64,000 nt of DNA from Chloroflexota bacterium. GTDB taxonomy: Bacteria > Chloroflexota > Anaerolineae > Aggregatilineales > Phototrophicaceae. The first letter of the stretch is position 1. Every line of letters starts with the position of its first letter. The stretch spans positions 73,269 through 137,268 of the forward strand of contig JACRPS010000014.1 of NCBI GenBank assembly GCA_016223085.1, given 5' to 3'. Of the stretch, positions 47,858-59,511 are shown in pieces. The notes beneath the pieces were generated by a model. It was given only the letters and a program-made list of their open reading frames with translations. It did not search any database and was not told the DNA's origin. Position numbers and translations under genes: made by a program.

Positions 47858-49026
47858 ACGATCTCACGATTCAACCGGCGAACTTTTTCCACCGCTTCCA
47901 CCAGCGTTTGCACAGCATAATCCACATCTTCGGTCGTAGTCTGCCGCCCGACGGTCAGGCGCAGGCTGCTGCCGGCGGTCTGGCGGTCGTAGCCCAGCGC
48001 CAGCAGGACGCCGGACGGCTCCGGGTTGCCGGTCTTGCAGGCGGAGGCACTGCTGGCGGCCACGCCCTTCAGATCGAGGTGCATCAGCAGGGCATTGCCG
48101 TCCACACCGTCAAAGACAAAGCTGGCGTGAGAGGGCAGCCGGTTCACCGGATGGCCGGTCAACTGCGACCCCGGCACGCGGTTCAGCACACCGTCAATCA
48201 GACTGTCGCGCATCTGGCAGTAGTGCGTGGTATAAGCGTCGAACTCGTCGTAAGCGATTGCCAGCGCCTTCGCCAGCCCAACGATCAGCGGCGTGTTGTG
48301 CGTGCCGGAGCGCCGTCCGGCTTCGTGGCTGCCGCCGCTCTGGCTGGGCACAAGTTCGATGCCGTTCCGCACGTACAGCGCGCCCACGCCCTTCGGCCCA
48401 TAAAACTTGTGTGCTGAGAGACTCAACATATCCACCCCGAGTTTTTGCACGTCGAGCGTTAGCTGCCCGGCGGCCTGCACCGCGTCTGTATGGAACCACG
48501 CACCGCGCTCGTGCGCCAGCGCCGCAAGCTGCGGTATGGGCTGGATGCTGCCAACTTCGTTGTTGGCGTACATCACGCTGGCGACGGTTGTTCCCGGTCG
48601 GCAGGCGTTGGCGAAGTCCTCGACATCCACCACGCCAGTTTTATCCACCGAAATAATCGTGCGCTCGAAGCCCATCAGGTCAGCCATCTGCTGCACCGTT
48701 TTACCGACCGCCGGGTGCTCCAGCGGTGTCGTAACCAGGTGCAGCCCGCGCCCCTGCTGCCGTGCCGTCCAGCCCGCACCGCGCATCGCAAGGTTATCGC
48801 TTTCCGAGCCGCAGCTTGTGAACACGATCTCCGACGGCTGGCAGTTTAAAATGCGCGCCACCGTTTCCCGCGCCGTTTCCACCGCATTTTCCGCGTCGCG
48901 CCCGAAGCGGTGCGCCGACGACGGATTGCCGTATACGTCGCTGAAATACGGCAGCATCGCCTCAACCACGCGCGGATCGGTAGGCGTGGTGGCGGAATGA
49001 TCGAGATAGACGGTACGCGCGGGCAT
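47854..49026 (-). CDS. iscS: Cysteine desulfurase, IscS/NifS class I
   Basis: YLDHSATTP, HTDAVQ, SAHKFYGPKG, SSASAC; overlaps the mnmA start. Confidence 0.92.
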   Translation of the reverse strand: MPARTVYLDHSATTPTDPRVVEAMLPYFSDVYGNPSSAHRFGRDAENAVETARETVARILNCQPSEIVFTSCGSESDNLAMRGAGWTARQQGRGLHLVTTPLEHPAVGKTVQQMADLMGFERTIISVDKTGVVDVEDFANACRPGTTVASVMYANNEVGSIQPIPQLAALAHERGAWFHTDAVQAAGQLTLDVQKLGVDMLSLSAHKFYGPKGVGALYVRNGIELVPSQSGGSHEAGRRSGTHNTPLIVGLAKALAIAYDEFDAYTTHYCQMRDSLIDGVLNRVPGSQLTGHPVNRLPSHASFVFDGVDGNALLMHLDLKGVAASSASACKTGNPEPSGVLLALGYDRQTAGSSLRLTVGRQTTTEDVDYAVQTLVEAVEKVRRLNREIV

Positions 49027-49110
49027 GGCCCTTCCCTTCGTTCAGGAATTTTTACGATCATCTTCTATTTTAATACAAACCGAACTGCCTGTCAGGGCTA
49101 AAAACCGTAA

Positions 49111-50526
<1,416 letters not shown>

Positions 50527-50545
50527 CGGTCGAATTCGTCAGCGC

Positions 50546-50568
50546 GGGGCGAACCAGCGGTTCGCCCC
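50546..50568. repeat. REP-like palindrome, copy 11 (lacks GTA ends)
   Basis: GGGGCGAACC-AGC-GGTTCGCCCC, same core as copy 5. Confidence 0.7.
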
Positions 50569-50647
50569 GATCCAACGGCTTTACTTTACTGGAATGATCG
50601 GCAGGAGCCATCATGCCGTGCTCCGGCCTGAACGGGGATAAAAGAAC

Positions 50648-52120
50648 ATGAGCGTGGCACAGGATCGTATCAACGGCAAACGAACCAAAATTGTCGCTAC
50701 CATTGGCCCGGCCTCCCGGGATGAGGAGATATTGCGGCAGCTCATTCGTAACGGCATGAACGTCGCCCGCATCAACTTTTCACACGGGACCCACGAACTG
50801 CACGGCGAAACGATTGACCGGATTCGCAAAATCGCAGTGGAAGAAAAAGCGGTTGTCGCCGTGATGTGCGACCTGCAAGGCCCAAAAATCCGCATCGGGA
50901 AGGTTGCCAACGAGCCGTTGCTGCTGGAAAAAGGGGATACGATCACCTTCACGCTTGACCCGGTGCCGGGCGAAAACGGTCTGATCTCGCTGCCACATCC
51001 TGAATTTGTGCGGGACATCAAAGCCGGGATGCAGCTATTGCTGGATGACGGCAACATCGAACTGGTGGTGGAGCAGGTGACAAACCGAGGGCTGGTGACC
51101 AAAGTCGTGGTTGGTGGCCCGTTGAGTTCCCGCAAGGGTATCTCCGCGCCAACGGCCCGCCTGTCCCTGTCCGCCATCACCGAGAAAGACCGCAAGGATG
51201 TTGAGTTTGCGCTGGCGAAACAGGCCGATTATCTGGCGATGTCGTTTGTACGGTCACAGGAAGACATCCGCGAACTGCGCTGGCTGCTGCGGCATCTGGG
51301 GGGCGAAATCGCCGTTATTTCCAAGATTGAGAAACACGAAGCCCTCGAAAATATTGAGGAAATCATCGCTGTGTCCGACGGAATCATGGTCGCGCGCGGC
51401 GACCTCGGTGTTGAAACCCCGGCAGAGGAAGTGCCATTCCACCAGAAGCGCATCATCCAATTGTGCAACGCCGCCGGCAAGCCGGTGATTACGGCCACGC
51501 AGATGCTGAGTTCGATGGTGGACAACCCGCGCCCCACCCGCGCTGAAGCCAGTGACGTGTACAACGCGATTGTGGACGGCACCGATGCCGTAATGCTGAG
51601 CAACGAAACGGCTGCCGGCAAGTATCCGGTTGAGGCCGTCAAAACGATGGCAACCATCGCGGTGATCGCTGAGCAAAGTGTGTGGGCGAACCGCCCGCAG
51701 CTTATCAAGCCGATCTACAAACCCAATGCCGAGGGGCGGGAAGCGATCTCCGATGCCATCAGCCAGGCCACCTGCCAGATCGCCGAGGCACTCAATTCTA
51801 AGGCGATTGTCACCTCAACACTGACCGGCTACACGACACGGCGCGTTGCCAAGGAGCGTCCGCGCACGCCGATTCTATGTGTAACACCCAGCGAAATCAC
51901 CTACCGCCGTATGGCGCTGGTGTGGGGCGTGCTGCCGCTGGTCATCCCGGAATTCCACACGATTGACGAGATGATTCGGACGGTGGTGCAGGCAGCGCAG
52001 GATGCCGATCTGGTGTCGCGCGGGGATAACCTGGTGCTGATTGCTGGTGTGCCGTTTGGGGTTGGCGGCCAGACCAATTTTCTCAAAATTCACACCGTTG
52101 GGGAGACTGTTGACATTTAG
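50648..52120 (+). CDS. pyk: Pyruvate kinase
   Basis: TKIVATIGP, ARINFSHG, DLQGPKIR, MVARGDLGVE, ATQMLSSM, DAVMLSNET. Confidence 0.98.
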   Translation: MSVAQDRINGKRTKIVATIGPASRDEEILRQLIRNGMNVARINFSHGTHELHGETIDRIRKIAVEEKAVVAVMCDLQGPKIRIGKVANEPLLLEKGDTITFTLDPVPGENGLISLPHPEFVRDIKAGMQLLLDDGNIELVVEQVTNRGLVTKVVVGGPLSSRKGISAPTARLSLSAITEKDRKDVEFALAKQADYLAMSFVRSQEDIRELRWLLRHLGGEIAVISKIEKHEALENIEEIIAVSDGIMVARGDLGVETPAEEVPFHQKRIIQLCNAAGKPVITATQMLSSMVDNPRPTRAEASDVYNAIVDGTDAVMLSNETAAGKYPVEAVKTMATIAVIAEQSVWANRPQLIKPIYKPNAEGREAISDAISQATCQIAEALNSKAIVTSTLTGYTTRRVAKERPRTPILCVTPSEITYRRMALVWGVLPLVIPEFHTIDEMIRTVVQAAQDADLVSRGDNLVLIAGVPFGVGGQTNFLKIHTVGETVDI

Positions 52121-52131
52121 GCGGCTGCGCC

Positions 52132-52722
52132 CTAATACTCATCCCCTTCAACAAATTCGACTGGCTGCGTCGGGCGTCCCAGGTCGGCTGATGTGGCGCG
52201 CCGCGTCGTCTGCCAGTCCTCCGGGATACTGGCCGGACGTGGCTGGCGTGGGGTTGCCATCGGCTCAACATAGCTGGTGGTCTGCGGCGTGGCGCAGTAG
52301 GGGCATAACTGCCACGACAGTTCCAGCATGTTCCCGCAGCGGACGCAGGGCTTTTTCAGGCGGGTATGACAGTGAGGGCACGCCTGCCAGTTATCCTGCA
52401 CGCGCTGGCTGCAGCCGGGGCACTTCGGTTTTTCTTCGATTTCCTGCAGCAGGGCTTCTTCTTCGAGTGACCGTTCGTAGGATTCACCGAGCGTTTCACG
52501 CGGGCGCAGCAGCAGATAGATGAGCAGGCCGGGCACGGTCAGCACGGCGACGAGCAGCGCCATGCCAAGCTGCGCCAGCGTATCCCGCGAACGCGCCCGC
52601 ATATCGCGGAACGTCCAGATCACCAGCGCCAGCCAGAACGCGATCACAATGAACCCGGCATAAACCGTGATTGCCAGGATAATGTCTTCGGACAGACCGA
52701 GTTCGGTCAGAACGTCACCCAT
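52132..52722 (-). CDS. Two-TM protein with a C-terminal double zinc ribbon
   Basis: CPGC, CPHC, CVRC, CPYC after two TM helices. Confidence 0.8.
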   Translation of the reverse strand: MGDVLTELGLSEDIILAITVYAGFIVIAFWLALVIWTFRDMRARSRDTLAQLGMALLVAVLTVPGLLIYLLLRPRETLGESYERSLEEEALLQEIEEKPKCPGCSQRVQDNWQACPHCHTRLKKPCVRCGNMLELSWQLCPYCATPQTTSYVEPMATPRQPRPASIPEDWQTTRRATSADLGRPTQPVEFVEGDEY

Positions 52723-52810
52723 GCTTGGTTTTCCTGTTGCAGCCATTCCGTACGCTGCCAGTATAGCAGTCCCCCGAACGCGGCGCAAAAGCGGCTGGCT
52801 AACCGGACGG

Positions 52811-54142
52811 CTAGCCGGCGGTGGATAGGCGCCCCGCCAGCAGGCTGACCTCGCCAACGGACACATCGTACTGGTGGCCGGAGGCATAAAACTGGACGTT
52901 TAATATCGCCTTTGGTATCTGGCTGGGGCCGAGCAGCGCAAACAGATTGCCACTTTCGTAGGTGTACCACGATTTTTCGTTGATGCGGTCGTGTTCCTGG
53001 CGGCAGCTACTGCAACTGAGTGGGAAGCCCTCCTGCTGGGGCAGGTAATAGAAGCCGTGATACCAGGTCTGGGGACGGCCATTCTGGTCAATGTAATCCA
53101 CCTGAAGCATCAGCGGGCACTCGCTGCCTTCACGGCCACAGGCGGGAAGCGACTGGTAATTGATGTTAAAACTGGCGCGGACTTCCAGAAAATCGTAGCT
53201 GCTGACGTCCCGACCATTCTGGTCGAAATAGCTCAAACAGCGCGTTTCGCCGTGCGAGGTCGCGTTGTCAGCGCGTACGAACCGCAGCACAACCCGGCCA
53301 TCTTTCCTCTCCGTGCGGTAAGACCCACGCGGTGGGCTGTCCTGCTGGTTGGTGCAGCGCCAGACCGTTGTCACTGGCTGCAGGTCGCCACTGTCGCTTG
53401 GAACGTCAATCGTGTCCTGAAAGGTACTGTTCTGGAGCAGATTGACGAAGGCCGGCCCCAGCGCCACAATAGTCGGCTGGGCGGCAAACACAATTCCCTG
53501 GCTGCCAGCAGGGATATCACGGCCATTGTTCGGGTCCGCCGGGATGATGACAGCCTGCCCATCCTGGTTGTAAACGCGGGTCTGGCTTCCCCGCGCGCTG
53601 ACGGTATACTGGCCGCTGCCACCCAGATCAATCCGAATCCCCGGCGGCACGTTTATGACCAGCCGGAAATTGCGCTCCAGATTGCGATCAACAAAGACAT
53701 CCACATCGCCGGTAAAATTCTCAACTTCGATCTCGTAATTGTTACCGCTCCAGTTGAAGCGAGGCCGGATGGCACGACGCAGGGTAAAGCCGGTGCTGCC
53801 CTTCACGGTCATCGTCGCAATCAGACGCCGGTTCTGGTTGGGGTCGAAGAAAAACACGGTCGCCTGCGACTGGCCGCCGGCGCTCACGTCCACGCTGTTT
53901 TGCAACGCACGTTCGGAGGCTTCAAACTGGCCGTTGATGCCAATCGAACCCTGTCCAACCCTGGCGACTACCTCTAGTGGAATGGATGACTGGAACAGAA
54001 AATAATACACACCCAACCCGGTTGCCAGGCACAGGAAACAAAAGATGGCAAACGACAGCAGCAGCACACCCCACGCCAGCCGCTGCGGATTCACGCGGGG
54101 GCGGGGAAACTGCTGGGGCATCGGGATGCTGGCGTCACTCAT
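52811..54142 (-). CDS. Single-pass membrane protein with a large beta-rich extracytoplasmic region (possibly FecR-like)
   Basis: One TM helix then beta-rich sequence; domain identity uncertain. Confidence 0.6.
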   Translation of the reverse strand: MSDASIPMPQQFPRPRVNPQRLAWGVLLLSFAIFCFLCLATGLGVYYFLFQSSIPLEVVARVGQGSIGINGQFEASERALQNSVDVSAGGQSQATVFFFDPNQNRRLIATMTVKGSTGFTLRRAIRPRFNWSGNNYEIEVENFTGDVDVFVDRNLERNFRLVINVPPGIRIDLGGSGQYTVSARGSQTRVYNQDGQAVIIPADPNNGRDIPAGSQGIVFAAQPTIVALGPAFVNLLQNSTFQDTIDVPSDSGDLQPVTTVWRCTNQQDSPPRGSYRTERKDGRVVLRFVRADNATSHGETRCLSYFDQNGRDVSSYDFLEVRASFNINYQSLPACGREGSECPLMLQVDYIDQNGRPQTWYHGFYYLPQQEGFPLSCSSCRQEHDRINEKSWYTYESGNLFALLGPSQIPKAILNVQFYASGHQYDVSVGEVSLLAGRLSTAG

Positions 54143-54342
54143 ATTGCCGACCTGAGAAAACCTATGTTTTGCTGTAGCCAGTTGAAACAAGACCTGCCAT
54201 ACCTTCACCCGTAAACCTATAGGCAGGTTTGCCGGGAAGTCATTATAACACAAGCGCCCAGTTGGCTGTCTCGACTCGTTTTTGGGGGTCATGTATAATG
54301 AGTGGTATGCGGTCAGTCAATGGAGCATAACGGAGAAAGCTT

Positions 54343-55095
54343 ATGTCCGGGCACAGTAAGTGGTCAACGATCAAGCGCAAAAAAGGCGCGGAAGATGCCA
54401 AACGTGGCAAAATCTTCACGCGGCTGGCGCGGGACATCACGATAGCGGCGCGTGAAGGCGGCGGCGATGAAAATGCCAATCCCAAGCTGAAAATCGCCAT
54501 CCAGAAAGCCAAAGCCAACAACATGCCGAAGGACAACATCGAACGCGCCATTCAGCGGGCCGTTGGCGGCGCTGATGGTGAAAGCCTGGAAGAAATCACC
54601 TTCGAAGGTTATGGCCCGGACGGCGTAGCGTACATGGTAGACGTAATGACCGACAACAAAAACCGCACGCTGGCTGAGGTCAAACGGGCGTTCACCCGCG
54701 CCGGGGGCAGCATGGCGTCAGCAGGGTCGGTGTCGTGGCAGTTTGAACACAAAGGTTATATCACGCTGAAGGGCAGCAATCTGGATTTTGACACCATCTT
54801 CATGGTGGCGGCAGAAGCCGGCGCAGATGATGTGGTGGATGAAGATGGCGTCATTGTGGTGTACACGCCGCGCGAACTATTTGCGGCAGTGGAAGAAGCC
54901 CTGACCAATGCCGGCTACGAGATAGACGAGTCTGAGCTGCGCTGGACGGCTAAAAACGAAGTCGAACTGCCGACGGAAAAAGCCCTGCAAAACATGCGGC
55001 TGCAGGAAGCGCTGGAAGAATTGGACGACGTGCAGTCGGTTGCTTCCAATCTGCTGATTACCGACGAAGTTATTGCCGCGCTTGAGACGGCTTGA
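54343..55095 (+). CDS. yebC: YebC/PmpR family protein
   Basis: MSGHSKWSTIKRKK, NMPKDNIERAI, EGYGP, TDNKNRT. Confidence 0.97.
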   Translation: MSGHSKWSTIKRKKGAEDAKRGKIFTRLARDITIAAREGGGDENANPKLKIAIQKAKANNMPKDNIERAIQRAVGGADGESLEEITFEGYGPDGVAYMVDVMTDNKNRTLAEVKRAFTRAGGSMASAGSVSWQFEHKGYITLKGSNLDFDTIFMVAAEAGADDVVDEDGVIVVYTPRELFAAVEEALTNAGYEIDESELRWTAKNEVELPTEKALQNMRLQEALEELDDVQSVASNLLITDEVIAALETA

Positions 55096-55589
55096 TGCTG
55101 TCGCTTGGTATTGACCCTGGCACGGCGACGATTGGTTATGGGCTGGTGCAGGAAACAGATGACGGGGCGCTTCAGGCTCTCGCTTATGGTGTAATTACCA
55201 CGCCGCCGAGCCTGCCGATGTGGCAGCGCCTGCTGCAAATTTACGACAGCGTGACAGCGATTGTTGAACAGTACCGTCCCGAATACGCTGCGGTTGAAGA
55301 GTTGTTTTTTGCTAAAAACGTAACAACAGCAATTACCGTTGCCCAGGGGCGGGGGGTCATCCTGCTGGCGCTGGCGAAGGCCGGCCTGCCGGTGGCGGAA
55401 TACAAACCGAACATGGTGAAACAGTCCATCTCCGGCTACGGCGGTGCGAAAAAGCCGCAAATGCAGGAGATGGTTCGGATTCTGCTGGGTCTGGATTCGA
55501 TTCCTCGACCGGATGACGCCGCCGATGCGCTGGCGATTGCGATTACGGATATACACAGCCGCCGCTTTGGCGGACTGGCGGATGAATAA
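55095..55589 (+). CDS. ruvC: Holliday junction resolvase
   Basis: LGIDPG, AVEELFF, VKQSISGYGGAKKPQM, DDAADALAIA. Confidence 0.97.
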   Translation: MLSLGIDPGTATIGYGLVQETDDGALQALAYGVITTPPSLPMWQRLLQIYDSVTAIVEQYRPEYAAVEELFFAKNVTTAITVAQGRGVILLALAKAGLPVAEYKPNMVKQSISGYGGAKKPQMQEMVRILLGLDSIPRPDDAADALAIAITDIHSRRFGGLADE

Positions 55590-55601
55590 GGACAGCACAC
55601 G

Positions 55602-56177
55602 ATGATTGCCAGCATTCAGGGCATGGTGGCGGCGACCTTCCGTGACCACGTTGTTATCACCACCGGCGGCATCGGCTACAGGGTGTTTGTCCCGCACACC
55701 ACGCTGGACCGCCTCGATCTGGGGGATGATGCTTTTCTGCACACGACCATGATTGTGCGCGAGGATTCGCTGTCGCTGTACGGCTTCATCACGGCTGAGG
55801 AGCGTGAGCTGTTTGAAATCCTGCTCACGATCAACGGCGTGGGGCCAAAGATGGCGGTGGCAATCCTGAGCACGCTGACGCTGGACAACCTGCGCAATGC
55901 CGTTGTCAGCGAACGGGCGGAAATATTAACCCGCGTGCCGGGTGTGGGTAAAAAGACGGCCCAGAAAATTCTGATCGAACTGAAGGACAAACTGAAATTC
56001 GGGCTGGATACCGCGCCAGTGGTGACCTTTGATGATGTTAACAGCGATGTGCTCGATGCGCTGGTGGCGCTGGGTTATAGTATTGTTGAGGCGCAGACCG
56101 CGATCCAATCCCTGCCGAAGGACGCGCCCCCGAATGTCGAAGACCGGGTACGCTTGGCGCTCCAGTATTTTGCGTAG
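55602..56177 (+). CDS. ruvA: Holliday junction branch migration protein
   Basis: GGIGYRV, VREDSLSLYGF, GVGPKMA, PGVGKKTAQKI, LVALGY. Confidence 0.97.
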   Translation: MIASIQGMVAATFRDHVVITTGGIGYRVFVPHTTLDRLDLGDDAFLHTTMIVREDSLSLYGFITAEERELFEILLTINGVGPKMAVAILSTLTLDNLRNAVVSERAEILTRVPGVGKKTAQKILIELKDKLKFGLDTAPVVTFDDVNSDVLDALVALGYSIVEAQTAIQSLPKDAPPNVEDRVRLALQYFA

Positions 56178-56187
56178 GCAGACGGCC

Positions 56188-56580
56188 ATGACCTCGTCAC
56201 TCAATCAGTATCCCCAGCGGGACGGGCTGTACCGGATTTTGCCGGATGGCGTGGCCGTGCATAACCGCTACCGCGACCAGATTGTGTTTCTCGATGGCCT
56301 GAGCAGTGAAATCTGGCTGCGGGCGGATGGCAAAACCACGCTGCGCGACATCGCGCGGGACATCGCGGGCTGGAGCAGCCAGCCAGTGGATGCGATGTGC
56401 AAAACGGCGGCCATGCTGCTCACCATTCTGAACAGCGAAGGCGTGATGTACCAGCAGGATAACCCGGCTGAACTGCCGTATCACCTGGCGCTACCGCAGG
56501 AAGACCAGGATGTTGACCGGATGTACGCCAGCCTGTCGGCGGCGGGATGGCTGGATGACAAAGGACAGGATCGTGACTGA
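56188..56580 (+). CDS. PqqD / RiPP recognition element-like protein
   Basis: IVFLDGLSSEIWLRADGKTTLRDIA...LLTILNSEGVM fits the three-strand, three-helix PqqD pattern, plus a 40-aa C-terminal extension. Confidence 0.7.
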   Translation: MTSSLNQYPQRDGLYRILPDGVAVHNRYRDQIVFLDGLSSEIWLRADGKTTLRDIARDIAGWSSQPVDAMCKTAAMLLTILNSEGVMYQQDNPAELPYHLALPQEDQDVDRMYASLSAAGWLDDKGQDRD

Positions 56581-57295
56581 AACGTTAATCGGCAAGCGCG
56601 TTCCCGTGCTGGATAAGGGCTGGATTGAACTGGTGGACATGCTGCCACATCCGGCGACCGGCGTATCAGGTGACCTGGCGATTGTTAATGCGGCGCGGGT
56701 GAGCTTTATGGGGGAAAGCAAAGGGCCTGAGAAAGATAAAAAGTTACTGTTTTATTTGCTGCGGGAAAAACACACCTCGCCGTTTGAAATGGTCGAAATG
56801 AAGTTTCGCGTGCGTGCGCCGCTGGTGACGTGGTGGCAGTGGGTGCGGCACCGCACGTTTAATATGAACGCCCAATCCGGTCGGTATACCGAGTTTGAAG
56901 AAAACGACTTTTACGCGCCCGATGTGTGGCGCAGGCAATCTCCCAGCAACAAACAGGCCAGCGAGGGCGAACTGGACCCGGCTGCTGGCGATGCACTGAC
57001 CACAAAACTGTTGCGCCATTATGAGCAGGGTTATGCGCTGTACCGGGAGGCGCTGGACGCGGGCGTATCGAAGGAGATGGCGCGGCTGTTCCTACCCGGC
57101 TTCAGTGTATATTACACCTGGGTGGTAAAGGCCGACGCACACAACCTGATGCATTTCCTCAAGCTGCGGATGGCGCCTGATGCCCAGTATGAAATCCGGG
57201 TGTACGCGCACGCCATCTATCAGGGATTTTTTAAACCCGCGCTACCCTGGACGGCGGAAGCGTTTGAGCAGTATGTGTTAAACCCCAAGCCTTAA
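56555..57295 (+). CDS. thyX: FAD-dependent thymidylate synthase
   Basis: HTSPFE, RHRTFNMNAQSGRY, EMARLFLP, FLKLR...AQYEIR. Start may instead be GTG 56573. Confidence 0.95.
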   Translation: MTKDRIVTETLIGKRVPVLDKGWIELVDMLPHPATGVSGDLAIVNAARVSFMGESKGPEKDKKLLFYLLREKHTSPFEMVEMKFRVRAPLVTWWQWVRHRTFNMNAQSGRYTEFEENDFYAPDVWRRQSPSNKQASEGELDPAAGDALTTKLLRHYEQGYALYREALDAGVSKEMARLFLPGFSVYYTWVVKADAHNLMHFLKLRMAPDAQYEIRVYAHAIYQGFFKPALPWTAEAFEQYVLNPKP

Positions 57296-57312
57296 CCAGT
57301 AGCGCAAAAACA

Positions 57313-57340
57313 ATACGGACACGCCATGGCGTGTCCGTAC
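57313..57340. repeat. REP-like palindrome, copy 12 (GTAC variant)
   Basis: Minus strand GTACGGACACGCCATGGCGTGTCCGTAT between convergent thyX and ftsH. Confidence 0.8.
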
Positions 57341-57363
57341 TCATTCATCGTAGTGAGCGTGTG

Positions 57364-59307
57364 TTACGCTGGCGTCGGCGCCGTCCCCAGCGATTTCAGG
57401 TCGTTGCCTTCATCTGCCTTCAATGAAGATTCCGAGGGCGTTTTGCTGGCAAGTACGGTTGGAAACTGGAATTGGTTGGGGCGAGCCGGGCGGGGTTCGC
57501 CCATGATCGCCAGAAATTCGTCGGCTTCCAGCGTTTCCACTTCCAGCAGCCTCAGCGCAACGGCGTCCAGCTTGGCGCGGTTTTCGTGGATAAGGCGGCG
57601 CGCTTCGTCGTAAGCCCAGCTCACAATCGCCCGCACTTCAGAGTCGATCTCCTGCGCCACCGCTTCGCTGTAGTCGCGCTGTTCGGAGATTTCGCGCCCC
57701 AGGAAGATCATCTCTTCCTTCTGGCCGAACATCATTGGGCCGAGTTTGTCGCTCATGCCGAAGCGCGTGACCATCGCGCGGGTCAGGCGGGTGACCTGCT
57801 CCAGATCGCTGGAGGCGCCGGTAGTGATCTCGTTAAACACGATCTCTTCCGCCGCGCGTCCGGCCAGCGCCGTTACGATCTGGTCCTTGATGCGGGAGCG
57901 CGACACGTAGTTCACGTCTTCTTCCGGTACAAACAGGGTTGAACCGCCGCTCATGCCGCGCGGAATGATCGTCACCTTGCGCACCGGGTCAGCATGCGGC
58001 AGCAGGTAGCCTACAACTGCGTGGCCGGCTTCGTGGAAAGCGGTGATACACTGTTCCTGCTTGTTGATGACCCGGCTCCTGCGTTCCGGCCCCAGCAGAA
58101 TGCGCTCAATCGCTTCCTGGAAATCGTTGTTGGCGATGGTCTTTTTGTTCTTGCGGGCAGCCAGGATCGCCGCTTCGTTGACCATATTTTCAATGTCCGC
58201 GCCAACAAAGCCGGGCGTGACCTTCGCCACCAGCTTCAGATCAACATCGGAAGCGAGGGGTTTGCCCTTCACGTGGACTTTAAGAATGGCTTCGCGGCCT
58301 TTTACATCCGGGCGGTCAAGCACCACGCGGCGGTCGAAGCGGCCAGGCCGCAGCAGCGCCGGGTCGAGGATGTCCGGGCGGTTGGTGGCAGCGATGACAA
58401 TCACGTTGGTGTCGGTATCAAAGCCATCCATCTCCACCAGAATCTGGTTCAGGGTTTGTTCGCGTTCGTCGTGGCTTCCGCCCAGCCCCGCGCCGCGCTG
58501 GCGGCCAACGGCGTCAATTTCGTCAATGAAAATGATGCACGGGCTGTGGCGCTTGGCCTGGCTGAACAGATCACGCACGCGCGACGCGCCTACGCCAACG
58601 AACATTTCCACAAATTCCGAACCGGAGATGCTGAAGAACGGCACACCGGCTTCACCGGCAACCGCTTTCGACAGCAGCGTCTTGCCCGTGCCAGGGCTGC
58701 CCACCAGCAGTACACCCTTTGGGATGCGCGCACCAAGCTGGATAAATTTTTCGGGTTCTTTCAAGAATTCAACCACTTCGGCCAGCTCGGCTTTGGCTTC
58801 GTCGGCGCCAGCGACATCTTCAAAGGTGACGCTCGGCTGGTCGCTGCTGAACATGCGAGCGCGACTCTTGCCAAAGGCTATCGCCTGATTGTTGCTGCCC
58901 TGCGCCTGACGGAGCATAAAGAAAATCAGGCCGCCGATCAGCAGGATGGGCAGCAGGGCCGTCAGCACGCTGAAGCCAACCGCTGGCCAGTTGCTGGGCT
59001 GCTGGAAATCCCACACAATGTTGTCAATCTGTTCCGGTGTGATGCCGAACTGAATCAGTTGCTCCTGTGCACTTGATTCCGGCGCTTTGGTGGATGTGGC
59101 GGTGGTTCGGTCGCGGAACGTCACGATGAGTTGGTCGTCCACGACGCGAATGCTGGCGACGTCATCAGCCTGAATACGGCGCACCAGTTCGCTGAATTTG
59201 ATGGTGCTGGGTTCCTGGTTGCCATTGCTAATTCCGAAGAAAATGACAACAAGCATCAGGCCGATAAACACATACAGTAAAAGATTCCTTGTCCTCGGAT
59301 TATTCAC
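57364..59307 (-). CDS. ftsH: ATP-dependent zinc metalloprotease FtsH
   Basis: Two TM helices, [32 protein letters not shown]. Confidence 0.98.
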   Translation of the reverse strand: MNNPRTRNLLLYVFIGLMLVVIFFGISNGNQEPSTIKFSELVRRIQADDVASIRVVDDQLIVTFRDRTTATSTKAPESSAQEQLIQFGITPEQIDNIVWDFQQPSNWPAVGFSVLTALLPILLIGGLIFFMLRQAQGSNNQAIAFGKSRARMFSSDQPSVTFEDVAGADEAKAELAEVVEFLKEPEKFIQLGARIPKGVLLVGSPGTGKTLLSKAVAGEAGVPFFSISGSEFVEMFVGVGASRVRDLFSQAKRHSPCIIFIDEIDAVGRQRGAGLGGSHDEREQTLNQILVEMDGFDTDTNVIVIAATNRPDILDPALLRPGRFDRRVVLDRPDVKGREAILKVHVKGKPLASDVDLKLVAKVTPGFVGADIENMVNEAAILAARKNKKTIANNDFQEAIERILLGPERRSRVINKQEQCITAFHEAGHAVVGYLLPHADPVRKVTIIPRGMSGGSTLFVPEEDVNYVSRSRIKDQIVTALAGRAAEEIVFNEITTGASSDLEQVTRLTRAMVTRFGMSDKLGPMMFGQKEEMIFLGREISEQRDYSEAVAQEIDSEVRAIVSWAYDEARRLIHENRAKLDAVALRLLEVETLEADEFLAIMGEPRPARPNQFQFPTVLASKTPSESSLKADEGNDLKSLGTAPTPA

Positions 59308-59511
59308 TCCGGGCCTCCACTAACTCCATCAACCTCGTAAGGTGACTTCTCGGACATGTTTGAGGTTCGTTCCATTTTACACGCTTCACGAGCGATTATA
59401 CAATTGAGGAATTGGCATGCTCACGTGATAGACGTATCATTACGAGCGTTATTATTGTCCTGAATGTTCCTGATCGTGCCTAAAGAAAATGCCAGCAACC
59501 ATGAGAAATCC

